The position numbers and the translations under genes are program-made. From the NCBI GenBank assembly GCA_030141605.1, contig JAQGDQ010000990.1:8500-72499 (forward strand): a DNA stretch of 64,000 nucleotides, read 5' to 3'. Every line of letters starts with the position of its first letter. The first letter of the stretch is position 1. This document shows, piece by piece, positions 27,700-40,469 of the stretch. Origin of the DNA: Tubiluchus corallicola (Eukaryota; Animalia; Priapulida). The notes beneath the pieces are model-generated. The model was given only the letters and a program-made list of their open reading frames with translations. It ran no database searches and was not told the origin of the DNA.

Positions 27700-28017
27700 G
27701 ATCCGACATCGTCCGACAAGTCGGATATTAAATTTTCCCGTTTACACGATATCCGACAAAGTCTGTCCGACACCATCCGATTTTGTCGAACGACTTTGTC
27801 TGATCGTGTAAACGATTCATCCGTCAATCCGATTTTGTCGAACGACTTTGTCTGATCGTGTAAACGATTCATCCGACAATCCGATTTTGTCGAACGACTT
27901 TGTCTGATCGTGTAAACGATTCATCCGACAATCCGATTTTGTCGGACGACTTTGTCTGATCGTGTAAACGATTCGTCCGACAATCCGATCTTGTCGGATC
28001 GTGTAAACCGGGTATAA
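27700..28017. repeat. 52-bp palindromic tandem array ending in a PIF/Harbinger-like terminus
   Basis: gatcgtgtaaacg recurs at 27802, 27854, 27906, 27958; ends gtgtaaaccgggta-TAA; matching left TIR not found. Confidence 0.65.
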
Positions 28018-29886
28018 GTTATTTTTGGGAAAAAATAGCATGTTTACTTTCAGTATTTTACAGAGTAGATTGTTTTGACCTACAGTTTAAGATTGGGCCC
28101 GGTTTTGCTTTAAATGACAAGATGGCTCTTTAAAATTGTTTACATTATTCAGAAACTTTGTTTTTTTATTTACTCATAAGATTCTTGTTAGAGTGCATCT
28201 CTCATACGTAGTAATAGGGCTCAGAATGAATGGCAAACTGCATCAAAACATTGCTAGTTGTGATTACAAGTTACATGTTATGAATTTATTAAAATAAAAA
28301 ATGCGTGCTTCACAAAATCGAAAATTTTATAGTTTTGTGTTTTGACCATTTATTCTGGAGTTTTAAAAATATTTGTGATAATGTCAATCTACCAGCATCT
28401 CAAAGTTGTAATGATTGCATTACCTGGCTATCGCATTCCAACTTTAATTAAATTTTACAGACAATACAGTTACTCAGTAAAGATACTACAGCTACTTCTA
28501 GTTAACTAAACTTTTATGCTTGTGATTTTAATGAGTTTATTATGTGTAGTAAATTTATATATAGTTTTTAGTATTAAAATTATTGCTTTAGTATAATTTT
28601 CCAAGTTGAAATGTTTGTCATGCTTGCATTTGAATTTGCATTTGAATTTTCAAAGTAATACTGACATCAGACTGTAATTGTTTCAATTTATAAACATGGA
28701 CAGGTACTTAGATCAATGTCAGTCTCAACTGTACATAATACAATGTGTATATTTACATATCAGCTCAAAATTAAAGTTGAAAACCATTTATGACAAAGTT
28801 CTTTAACTTTCTTATCTATTTGATGTAGCACTGACAATGCTTTTTCAAGATTTATTACTTTTGTGAAAGGAAATCAGCAAATTGAAGCATTATTAGACGT
28901 AATTTTTTACTTTATAGACATTTAACTCATTAAATTACTAATTTTCGTGTGTACCACAAATTGTTTTTTATGAACAATTCGTTCTTTTGTAAAACTTGTA
29001 TTGACCTGCATTTATGAAAAATAAATGAAGTAAATAAATAGATAAGTGTTTAAAATACGAGAGAGCTCTCCTGAGAGTTGTCATCATTTTATTTATTTGC
29101 TGGCCTATCGGAATTAATTTGACAGAAATTTTACATCGTAATGGGACGTTCAGACGTAGAAACTTGTGAACGGCTTGGCAACTTCTGTCGCAACTTGTTG
29201 CGCAATTTCTGCCTGAGATCACACATTTGTTTAAAAATTATTATTGTACTTGTATACACTTAGAACTTTCACGACACGGCAGAAAAATTGTTTTTGTCTT
29301 ACAAACTCGACGGAATTCCACTAATGAGGTGAAGGCATGCAATGACAATTTTATCAGCTGACGAGTAAGTCAGTTATAAAATAAGTTCAACTTTGATTTT
29401 CCTGATATTCCTCTTTTAAATATCAAAACTGGTTATTTCTTTTCGCGCTCGAACCCGCATATTTGCAATAAGCTTACTGGGTCCGCTAGACTGTCATCAT
29501 CAGTGAACATTTTAGTGAGCACCTGGTGCAATATCATCATCGATCTTTGTTATCCCTGCCACTTCTACATATTCTTGATCATATTTTGTATTAAACCAAT
29601 GTCTGTATGCTTGTCAGAAATTTGTCTTGTTAACCATGTGTTCTAAAGTTTTACAGAACTTCATGAAAAATAAACTAGCAGTAAAACATAAAAAAGGCAG
29701 GAGAGCAGTATATTTAATATTATTATTTCATATCATCTTAACAGTAAGTCTTATATAACTTGTATAAGTTACAAAACTGATTTATATACGTTTGACTAGA
29801 CACCAAAATAATTTTCTGGGCTTGTAAATAGATAGCCTTTTGTTAAGATGCAGACCTCATTTTTAATATCATCTGAAAGTCTTACT

Positions 29887-30304
29887 GCAGTTTTTGAACT
29901 TACATTTATATTATTAAATCAGACATTATCAATCGATTGAATCACTGGTTTGTTTATTGTAACTCTTCTACCAGATGTTCAAATCTTTACGCACATTTAA
30001 TTAAACATTATAAAGCAGGTGAATCATTGAAACGTTATTTAACACCTTCCCTCTTTGTCTTACACCAGATGCTCAATTTATCAGGTGAATTACCTGTACT
30101 TGTTTAATACATTAACTCTTTGCTTACACCAGATGCTCAATATATCAGGTGAATCACCAGTACCTGCTTAAGTAATTTAACTCTTTGTCTTACACCAGAT
30201 GCTCAATATATCAGGTGAATTACCTGTGCTTGTTTAATACGTTAACTCTTTGCTTACACCAGATGTTCAATTTATCAGGTGAATTACCTGTACTTGTTTA
30301 ATAC
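29887..30304 (+). repeat. ~65-bp minisatellite (alternating 64/66-bp units) and its unique leader
   Basis: caccagatg at 30063, 30127, 30193, 30257. Confidence 0.9.
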
Positions 30305-30818
30305 TGTTACGGAGACACCTGTGTCGAGTCAGGTGTAGGGCCCTCTAAACGCCCTGCTTCCACGTCAGCAGCGACTCACCCCTTTCTTGTAGGTCCAGAC
30401 GTCTTGTTTAGGCCTACACGTGGTGTGAGAAGCCAGCTGACCTGGAATGCCAGTATAAAAGCGTGTAGAGGTCACTACAGCCGGGGATTTCTGACACAGG
30501 TGCTCCTCGGGTGTAGTGCTGTTATTAATGTAGAGTTAGTTATTTTTTTGTGCACGTGTATTTTTGTTACTTATTTTTATTAGTGCTGTTAATAAACTCC
30601 GTACTGTGTAGTTTTTGTGTATTTTGTTTTATGAGAGTTGGATGACACGCTATAACAGGTGTAAGGTAATAATTTGCAGACATTAATTTAGCTAATTAAC
30701 ATTAACATTTGTAATTAATTATTGGTTGCACAACGATTATAAATGGATCTTCATGATGCGAAATATCAGGACCGCCATGCCATCTTGGAGTTCGACCCCC
30801 TGGGTCGAATTCAGTCCA
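30305..30818 (+). repeat. 5' LTR
   Basis: TGTTAC start, TATAAAA and AATAAA inside; homology to the 3' copy ends at cagtcca; the right boundary could alternatively be 30657. Confidence 0.8.
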
Positions 30819-32463
30819 CTGGTGTCGCAGAAGTGGATAAAGAACATTCTCAACCACCCCCTGCTCAAAGTTTTTTTGATGATGATGTGGCTTCTCAGGC
30901 TTCTTCCTGGGTAAGCTCTTTAGAGCGTTGTTCTGCTGGCCCTGTTGTCAATTGTGTCCCCCCAAGCGTAATTTCACATCCTGATAATAAACTAGGTCAG
31001 ACAAATTCATTTCTGTCTGCTAGTGCTAACCTTGATCGCGTACTTGGTCAACGCGAAGATTCAGGCTTTAATACTGCCAGTCCCAGTAATCAAAATTTAG
31101 CTGTAGAATTGCAAAATTTGTCATCGCGTTGTGATTCTCAGTTTAAAGATTTGAGTTGTGCAGTGGCTGCGCTTTCTCAAGCGGTCACTAGCTTAGCAGA
31201 GAATTTTTCTGAACGCTGTGACGTATCTCTGCCTGAACATAGGCCTACTTCGAGTAGAAAACCTGTTTTGAATTCTACTCCAGCTAGCGAACTGTGCCAA
31301 ACTGTCGAACCCGCTGTTTGTAAACTAAATAGTGAATCTCCTAAACCTTTAGTCCATTTTGCTGAAAATCATGGAAATGAGAAGTTTTCAGATTTGCCAA
31401 TTCAATTTTGTACTCCCACGCATGCGCAGTCAGAAGTACCGGTTCCGAGTAGCACGTCTGTTTGTCAACCTAGCTTACACACCACAAATACTGTTAGCGC
31501 GCACGAAGTGAAAAACTTACCATTTTTTGATGGGGAAACGGTCCCATGGGAAAGTTATAAGCGCAATTTCATTTGTTAGTTGAACTTAACAGTTGGAATA
31601 ATTATGAAGCCGGTTTACGTTTAGCACTGAAACTTAAAGGGAAAGCTGTTGGGGTTCTTGAAACTTTGTCGCCTGCCCAACGCTCTGATTATGCAATGCT
31701 ATGCTCTGCTTTAAGCCGTCGATTCGGGTGTGACAATCGCGAAAGTGTATACCGCGCTCAATACAACAGCCATTACCGTCAACCCGGCGAAGATTTGCGG
31801 CAATATGCAGATCATTTGCGTACTTTGTACCACCGTGCATACCCAGCAGTAGACTTAAATTCTGCAGAACATCAATTAGAGTTGAAGTTCATAGATGGTT
31901 TGTGTGATGTAGAACTAGCTATACACGTGCAGCAAAGCTTTCCTACGAACCTTGCTGATGCGTTGGCGTCTGCTTTGTCTATAGAATCTATTCGTTTAAC
32001 TGCAAAGCGCAGCGCGGAGCTTACGACTATTAAAACGCGCAGAACATTGATGCAGAATCAAGATACGGGATGGAATAAAGCTCCCACCACAGCAGAAAAT
32101 TTCGAGCGTAACACAAATAATCGCGCTAAGTTTGAACTGCCAGACAATCGTGTACCTACAGAAAGGATTCACGGAACAAATGATTTTGTTTGTTACTGCT
32201 GCAATGCGGTTGGTCATTTTGCAAGGAACTGCCCATTGCGTCGTAAGTCACAACAGTCTTACCCAACAAGAACATTTGATAACTCATTTTTCCGCTTATC
32301 TCAAAACTCGCAGAGTAATTCGCGATTTTGCAGCCAGTCTAGACCGAGTAAAAGTAATCCAAATTATGACAACTCTCGCGGTTATACTGTGCCAGTTTCG
32401 AACTCGCCGCGCAATTTTAGTAACTCGCGTAATTCTTGTCCTCCACCTTCGCGTTTTCAGTAG
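30743..32463 (+). pseudogene. gag: Gypsy gag with a frameshift near 31575
   Basis: LPFFDGETVPWESY../LVELNSW..LKGKA capsid-like region; CYCCNAVGHFARNC CCHC zinc knuckle. Confidence 0.9.
30820..30838 (+). promoter_or_regulatory. Primer-binding-site-like sequence (tRNA-Leu type, imperfect)
   Basis: TGGTGTCgcAGAAGTGGAT versus the common tRNA-Leu PBS TGGTGTCAGAAGTGGGAT; 1 nt after the end of LTR homology. Confidence 0.65.
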
Positions 32464-35400
32464 CGGGTGGACGGAAAAAGAGGCATCGTGCCACCCGCCA
32501 GACTCAAAAGGCCTTGCACAAACTAAGCGAAACACTCCCTTCGGGTCAACCTAAGGTTGGTACTGTGCTCAGTGAATTGAATCAGGCTGCTGGTCTTTAT
32601 GCTGTCGGCTCAATAGATGGCAATAAATGCCGAATATTAGTGGACACAGGGGCTACGCATACCACGGTTCGTCCTGAGCTTATAACCAATCAGCTTGAGC
32701 CGTTGGGGTGGCAAACCGCTATAGGTGTAACCGGTGCACCTTTGCAATTACGTGGCCCAATTTCGGTTTCATTGCAACTCGGTACAATTTCTAGTACTGT
32801 GTCGGCTTGTCTAACTGGTGACCTAGCCGGAGAAGATTGCATTTTGGGCTTAGACTGGCTTCGAGAAAATAAAGCCATAGTAGACACTGGCCTAAAACGC
32901 CTTATTCTTCCGGATGGCCGGTTTGTTGAGCTCACACTGCTACCTGGAGGTTGTACAGACGTGATAAACATTCGTCATGTGACTATACCCGCGTTTTCGG
33001 AAGCCGTTATCGAAACTCAACCTGTTTTACCGTTACCGCACACATTAGGTATGGTTAGCCTTGGCAGCAAACCATTTCGGTCAGACGGTCTTTTAACTGG
33101 TCGGATAACTTCGCCAGCTGGTGCTACTACAATTCGTGCCATAGTAGCAAACATAACCAACTATCCTGTTACACTCTCGGAAAAAGAACCTGTTGGTCAA
33201 TGGGAAAGCGTTTGTTCTATTAAACTTTCTACAATGAAAGGTTTTCAGTCTAAACCTAAAAATGCAAGCAAAAGAGCGCTTTCTGAACCCGTGCAAAAAC
33301 TTTTAAATGCTAGTAAAACTGCACTATCCAGTACGCAGTACAAGCAGCTGAAAAGTCTGTTAATCAAGTATAACGATTTATTTTCCTCTGGACCCTATGA
33401 CATTGGTCGTACAAATATTGTTCAACATCGCATTAATACAGGTACTCACCACCCTATTAAGACTCAAGCAAGGCGTCTTGGCCAGGCCCAACGCGAGGAA
33501 TTAAATGCAGCAATGGATGAAATGCAGAGACAGGGAGTAATTGAACCGTCTTGCAGCCCCTGGTCTTCTGCGGTAGTCCTTGTACGAAAGAAAGATGGAG
33601 GAACGCGATGCTGTATAGACTACAGGGCTCTGAATTCGATTACAATCAAAGACAGTTATCCACTGCCTCGCATTGATGATTCAATCGATGCTCTTTCCGG
33701 TGCCAAGTGGTTCTCCACTTTAGATTTAAAATCGGGGTACCACCAGGTAGAAATGGCACCGGAAGACAAAGAAAAGACCGCATTTGTAACACACAGAGGG
33801 TTGTGGCAGTTTAAAACTCTTCCTTTTGGTCTGGTTAATGCGCCTGCTACTTTTGAACGCTTAATGGAGCAAATTTTAACTGGCTTGCACTGGCAAACGT
33901 TGTTAATTTATTTAGATGACGTCATCGTTTTCGGGCGCACCTATGAGGAGCACCTTGCTCGGTTGCAAGAAGTTTTTGAACGTTTTATGACGGCAGGCCT
34001 AAAACTCAATGCTAAAAAGTGTTTGCTAACCCAAAGAGAGGTCACATATCTAGGACATGTTGTTAGCCATACCGGTGTACGTACAGATCCGGCAAAAATA
34101 GAAGCCGTTGTAAACTGGCTTGAACCTAATAACGTATCTGATCTTAGAAGCTTTTTAGGCCTGTGCACATACTACCGGCGTTTCAAAAAAAACTTCGCGG
34201 ATATAGCGGCACCTCTGCATTTACTAACTCGCAATCAGCAACCTTACGTTTGGCAGGCTAGCCAATAGAACGCTTTTAATTGTTTGAAAACTTTGCTTAC
34301 AAATGCGCGAGTTCTGGCCTACCCACAATTTGACACTGAATTTGTACTCGACACTGACGCGAGTAGTATAGCGATCGGCGGTGTTCTCTCACAAATTCAG
34401 GGCGGCCAAGAGCGCGTGATAGCGTATTACAGCCAAATTTTATCCCCTGCAGAACGAAATTATTGCGCTACACGCCGCGAACTTCTTGCAGTGGTTAAAG
34501 CTGTGAATCACTTTCACCACTATCTTTACGGACGGCAGTTTGTTATACGCACTGACCATGCTGCTCTTCGCTGGCTGAGAACTTTGCGTAAACCAGAGGG
34601 TCAGTTAGCTCGCTGGCTTTGCAAATTAGACCAGTATGATTACACAATAGAACATCGTGCAGGCAAAAGCCACGGAAATGCGGACGCGCTTTCTCGTCGG
34701 CCCTGCGAAGCCAGTTGCAAACATTGTAGCAAACGAGAACCGAGTAACGTAATGCAACAAAATGCAAAAATTAATAAAATCGGCACAACATTAAGAGATG
34801 TAAATCTTGATTTTGCTGAAGGGCAGACCAAAGACAAAAACATAGCCCCAATATTGGGAATTTTGCAAACTTCAGCCCAAAAACCTGCATGGGAGCAAGT
34901 TTCTGCCCTGAGCCCTGAATCAAAAGCTATTTGGCACCAATGGGACACTCTCAAAGTAGAAAACGGGGCAGTGCAGCGTAAATGGGAATCTCCAGACGGG
35001 ACTGTAGTCCGTTACCAATAGCTAGTTCCTAGAGCCTTTCGTGAAAGTTTACTTACACGGTTTCATAATAATCCTACTGCTGGTCACTTCGGCCAGAACA
35101 AAACTTTTGCCAGGCTGCGTGAACGGTACTTCTGGCCAGGCATGCGGAAGGATATCCAGCTATGTTGTCGAAAAAAGGGGCCCCAGCGCAAACCAAGAGC
35201 ACCTTTGCAACAGTACAGGGTAGGAGCTCCTATGGAGCGCATAGCAATAGATGTAGCTGGACCCTTCCCTAAATCAGACTCAGCGAATAAGTATGTCCTC
35301 ATCGCTGTAGATTATTTTACCAAATGGCCGGAAGGGTACGCCCTTCCTAACCAAGAAGCAGAAACTGTAGCCACAGCCTTGGTAAATGAATTCTTTTGTC

Positions 35401-36989
35401 GGTTTGGTCTGCCTGGTGAAATTCATAGCGATCAGGGTAGAAACTTCGAGTCTCGCATTTTTCAGCAATGTTGCGAATTTTTAGACATTGTCAAGACGCG
35501 TACCACACCTTTAAGGCCTCAATCAAATGGCCTCGCAGAAAGGTACATTAAAACTATTTCCCGTCAATTGGCACAATTCGCAAGTTTACACCAGCGTGAC
35601 TGGGATGTGAAAATGCCCTTATTTCTTTTAAGTTATCGGTCAGCAGAACATGATGCTACAGGGTTTACTCCAGCCAAAGCCATGATGGGTCGGGAACTAC
35701 GTCTGCCTCTCGACTTGCTAACGGGCCGACCTCCTGAATCTGTCCGTCATAATGTAGTTGACCATGTAAAGTACTTAGAAGATAGTCTACATGATGTCCA
35801 CCATTTTATTCGAAATAATTTGCGCTTCTCAGGTGAAACAATGCGTCGAAGGTACGACGTTAAAGCTAAACGTTCTCGTTTTAAAGAACATGATTTGGTA
35901 TGGTTCTTCAACCCTCAACGTAAGGTTGGACGTTCACCCAAACTGCAAATGGATTGGGATGGACCTTATACTGTAGTCAAACGATTATCAGATGTGGTAT
36001 ACCGTATCAAACTTCCAGGCGCCAGAAATTGTAAAGTTGTGCATGCCGATAGGCTTTGGAAATATGCGCCACCCACGGGCTTCTCTTGGAATGCACAAGA
36101 CAATGCAACGCAAAATAATTCCACTCAAGCTAACGTAGACGAGCAAGCAACAATTATCTACGATGCTTTGGAAATCAGCACCGAATCAAGTCAGGCTGAT
36201 GAGTCTCTATCTTTTGGGTTACCTCCACCACGACCCTACTCACCAGAACAAGCTTCGGTCGGTAATAAAGAAGTTGATACTGCTTCGAGTTTTCCTGCCT
36301 TGATGCCCAGTACTTCCAGCCCTTCTTTTCCAGCCTTCTTGCCACAGCTTGATTCTCCCAGGCTCTTCAACCCTAGCGATCTTTCACTGCCCAATCTCTC
36401 TCCAGTCCGCCCACGTACTTCCACTCCGAATAACCAACTTAGCTCTATCCCAGTTACTGTAGATGAAAATGGAACTAATGATTCCAGAGAAGTAAACTCA
36501 TTGTCGGAAGAGATGGACGTGAGTCCACAAAAGTTGAAATCGACTTTGAACAACGATGAAAGTAGTGAGACAATAATCTACGACCAGTTAGATTTTGGGA
36601 TAGAAAATGAAAAAAATCAGTCATTAACCCAGGTTACTGCCTCTCCCTCTCCTAACCCTGAGCGTGACGTTTCACCTTCCTCACTTATCATTCCGGATCA
36701 AGATGACTTAATTCTAACACCACCTTGTATTACCCCTACGACATTCTATGGCATATCTTTGGAAGATCGCGAGCCTCCCTCACCATCTCTCCACACCTAT
36801 CCACATCGTAATCGCCTCCCTACCACGTTTTATGGAGATTACATTTTTACCGACCCAACTGCAACTCGAACTCGAGCACAGGACTCAACCATACGCTCTA
36901 TACGAGGCCTACTACCTGCCAGCGTACACTGGGATGTAGATGCCAATAACGTTCTTTGCAGTGTGCGAACCCGGAAGCCAGCTTACTAA
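32436..36989 (+). pseudogene. pol: Gypsy pol (PR, RT, RNase H, integrase) with in-frame stops at 34266 and 35019
   Basis: LVDTGA, YPLPRIDD, YLDD, LDTDAS, GHFG, IAID..IHSDQG..NGLAER, WDGPY; -1 frame relative to gag; zinc-finger region appears shortened in frame. Confidence 0.95.
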
Positions 36990-37971
36990 GTAGCACGAGG
37001 AGCAAAAGCATTAGACTGACAAGCCACTCTTGCGTAGTTATCAAGTAGTTGTCTTTCCCAGCAGCAACAACGTAGCAGTCTGTAAGACCAAAATGAAGCC
37101 CAGTACGGAAAGGAACACAACGAGAATACCACCTGATCCGATGTTCCAGTTGATTTTGTTAAGTAGTCAAGATAATTTTTTTTGCATTAATTAGTAGTTA
37201 TAGCCAACCCTTGGGTTGTTAAGTTTTTTTTCATTCTCTTGTGATGTAGCTAGAACGATTTTTTTTACATTACTAAAGCCGTTGAGAGATTTGTAACAGC
37301 ACAAGCCCCGTGGTATGCCTTTTCTTTATAGCCGAGGAGACGTCAGAGATCCCGAAGCACTCGGCGGGCTCCTGTAATCTCGTCAAAAGAGAGATTGAAG
37401 TAGTCTGAATGACGATGATGGTGATAATTATGTCAGGAGTCTGCTCAGCGCCTCGTATTAAGTATTTGTACTTATACATTACGTTCCTTTATTTTTTTTT
37501 TTGTTAGACAACCATATAGAAGCGCAAAATTTTTTTGTAAAAATTTGCCTGAGTTATGATAATGCTAAGTCGTATTTTCCTATGTGAAACGTGAAGCTTT
37601 AGGAAATTTATAAATTTGTTAGACGACGGTTACGTTGTTCAATTTGTATCGTATAACTGATTCCTAATGAAAGTTTAGATTAACTCTCAAACAGACAGCG
37701 TAAAACAGTTTATCCTTTTGTTTGTTATATCGAAAATTATCTAATCTCTGTACCAAATAGGTTATCACTTGTGTAGCAATTGCGTATTGCCTTAAAATAA
37801 TGTCAACAAGAATGGAAATATATCGTGCTCATCTTTCATTATTGTAACTTAAAGAAACCTTTGCTTAAGGAATTTTTGTTGCCTTGTGCTAGGTGGCAGC
37901 ACATGCCTGGTCACTGTCTAACTCCTAGTTCTGGAACCGTTTGAGGACAAACGGAACTGGGGAGGAGGCAA

Positions 37972-38502
37972 TGTTACGGAGGCACCTGTGTCGGGTCAGG
38001 TGTAGGGCCCTCTACACGCCCTGCTTCCACGTCAGCAGCGACTCACCCCTTTCTTGTAGGTCCAGACGTCTTGTTTGGGCCTACACGTGGTGTGAGAAGC
38101 CAGCTGACCTGGAATGCCAGTATAAAAGCGTGTAGAGGTCACTACAGCCTTGATTTCTGACACAGGTGCTCCTCGGGTGTAGTGCTGTTACTGAGTTAGT
38201 TAGTTATTTTTTTGTGCACGTGTATTTTGGTTCCTTATTTTTATTAGTGCTGTTAATAAACTCCGTACAGTGTAGTTTTTTGTGTATTTTGTTTTATGAG
38301 AGTTAGATGACACGTTATAACAGGTATAAGGTACTAGTTTACAGACATTAATTTAGCTAATTAACATAACATTTGTAATTAACATTAACATTTGTAATTA
38401 AGTATCGGTTACACAACGATTATAAAATGGAACTTCATGATGCGCAATATCAAGACCGCCATGCCACCTTGGAGTTCGACCCCTTGGGTCGAATTCAGTC
38501 CA
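37972..38502 (+). repeat. 3' LTR
   Basis: Preceded by PPT GGGGAGGAGGCAA; direct repeat of 30305-30818. Confidence 0.85.
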
Positions 38503-38719
38503 ATATGTTATGATCGTTAGACATTATCTACTGGTCATGACACTGAACTTGTAATCAAAGTCCATGGTTCAAGTTCATATTTAAAAAAATTTAATACAGG
38601 ATGGGTTCATGACAGTATGTAAATCTAAGCACAATAGAAGCTATTTACAACATACATATTGTTAACATATACATTATTAACAAGTGCGACAGTGGTTAGT
38701 AGAAATAATTAAATAATCG

Positions 38720-38899
38720 CCTCCCCCTCCTCCCGGTGGGCCCGATTCGAAAAATAAACCCCCAATGAGACGACACTAGATCGAGACCTTTCGTTTGATG
38801 TATAGATCGCCGCAAATGGTGAACTGGTCGGAGCTGTAGCCTCGAATCTTATATATATATTTATAAATTAAGCCCATACCAAGAATATTAATATAAGAG
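38720..38899 (-). mobile_element. 5' fragment of the same Helitron family
   Basis: Matches 1925-2100 and 2762-2952 including the cataccaagaatattaatataagag head. Confidence 0.9.
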
Positions 38900-40469
38900 T
38901 ATAGATGATATATCTACGTTTTCATTGTTCGGGAAGCATTGAATTGTGGTTGAAAATGGGTTGAAGGTCTTGGGTTAGTTTGCCACTGATGCCTTGGTTG
39001 CATTGAGCAAGCTGTTCTTCACTGCATTGCAAGAGTGCTTTTGCTTGTTTTCCTTTTACACTTGTTTACATATTGTTTTGATGTAACTGTATCCTGCTTA
39101 ATTTCCTTACAAATAGCATAACCAATTGTTGAACTTTTGCTTTTAATTTTCATTTGATTGCCAATGTTGGTTATTTGTAAACTTTTGTGAATTTTGATGT
39201 CTCTTTTTTTCAGATATCACATTTCTATTTGTCAATTTGTCATTTCTAATCTTGCTTAAAGCATTTTAAGTATTTAAGCATCTAAGTAAAGGGTTCCTTA
39301 GTTCTTGTACTATGAAACAATGAGCAGCCACAAACCAGAGGCATAATTGACTCAGGTTTGAGGTTATCACCTTTTTGAGAGAGTTCTTTCAGCTTCGCTG
39401 CTTACCCATATAATTGGCTTATTTGGGGAGTAAACCATGCTGCTTTTATTATTTAAAGTGATTTTTGTTATATAAAACTGTAATGGCTCAATTATGCCAA
39501 TACAGTAACCCATTTTCTTGTCAGAAAATGGCCTTTGTAACATCTTCAATAAATGTTTGAATTCAGTGCAGCTTGATTCCATGTTGTTACCTTTTTTCAG
39601 TGGCAGACATTGATGTCTGAACTTGGAGGATCACTTGGATTATGCTTTGGTTGTTCTATTCTGACGATATTTGAGTTTATTGAACTTATGTTTATCATGC
39701 TGAATGGAGTGAGAGACAGAAATAAAGTGAAAACGATTAAAGTAAGACCAGAACAGCAAAAGAAGGTGCGCCAGGTTGTTGGTAAATAATGTATATCATT
39801 GTCAGTGGCAGCACTAGACATCTGTCTTGTTACTGAGTAAACACTTAACTAGACTAAGTTTAATTAGCCAAATTTGTTGAGTGTATTTTTAGATTTTTAT
39901 TGTATGCTTTGCAGTTCATGGTTATTGTTATTTCATCATTTATATTTGACAATAAAGCACCACCAAGTCGCCCTGCGTATATCATAATCACTTTAACATT
40001 TACACTTCCGTTTGGTGTGGCACGTGGGGCAGGAGGATTTGTTAATGGTTAGTTGATAATGTTGTTCATGTTTACAAAAATTTGCTCCATTTATAAGAGT
40101 TGTATTTGGTAATGGAACACTATAAGGTTACTGTAGCAAAGTTTTCCTAATTAAACATTTTCCATTGAACCAGCACTTCTACCTGAGCACTGTGGTAATC
40201 TTACATAGCTGTTATTAGTTTAGAAATTGCTCATATTTAGTAATGATTTTGACACACTGTAAAATTTTTGCGTAGGGCGTACCTCAATATGAGGAGATAG
40301 TGCAAAAGGCTGTTCTATGCATAACAAAACAAAATTTAATGAGATTACTCTTGGTAGAAAACCTAATAATATCAGATGATGCATACAGTACTCAGTTGTC
40401 GTTTAAAGTTTTAAAATATGATCTGTTTCAATGTTTCACAATAACTTGTAATAGCAAATTGTGAATTTG

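Larger units (their letters stand above)
30305..38502 (+). mobile_element. Full-length, decayed Ty3/Gypsy LTR retrotransposon
   Basis: Direct repeats 30305-30818 and 37972-38502 (TG..CA), PBS-like at 30820, PPT 37959-37971, gag-PR-RT-RH-IN order, flanks ATAC / ATAT. Confidence 0.97.

Noticed and set aside
31570-31580. Programmed frameshift inside gag, or readthrough at the pol TAG codons
   Set aside because: They fall inside conserved domains and the LTRs have diverged, so post-insertion mutation is simpler
37000-37950. env or antisense ORF in the Gypsy 3' region
   Set aside because: Only a 68-aa ORF without motifs
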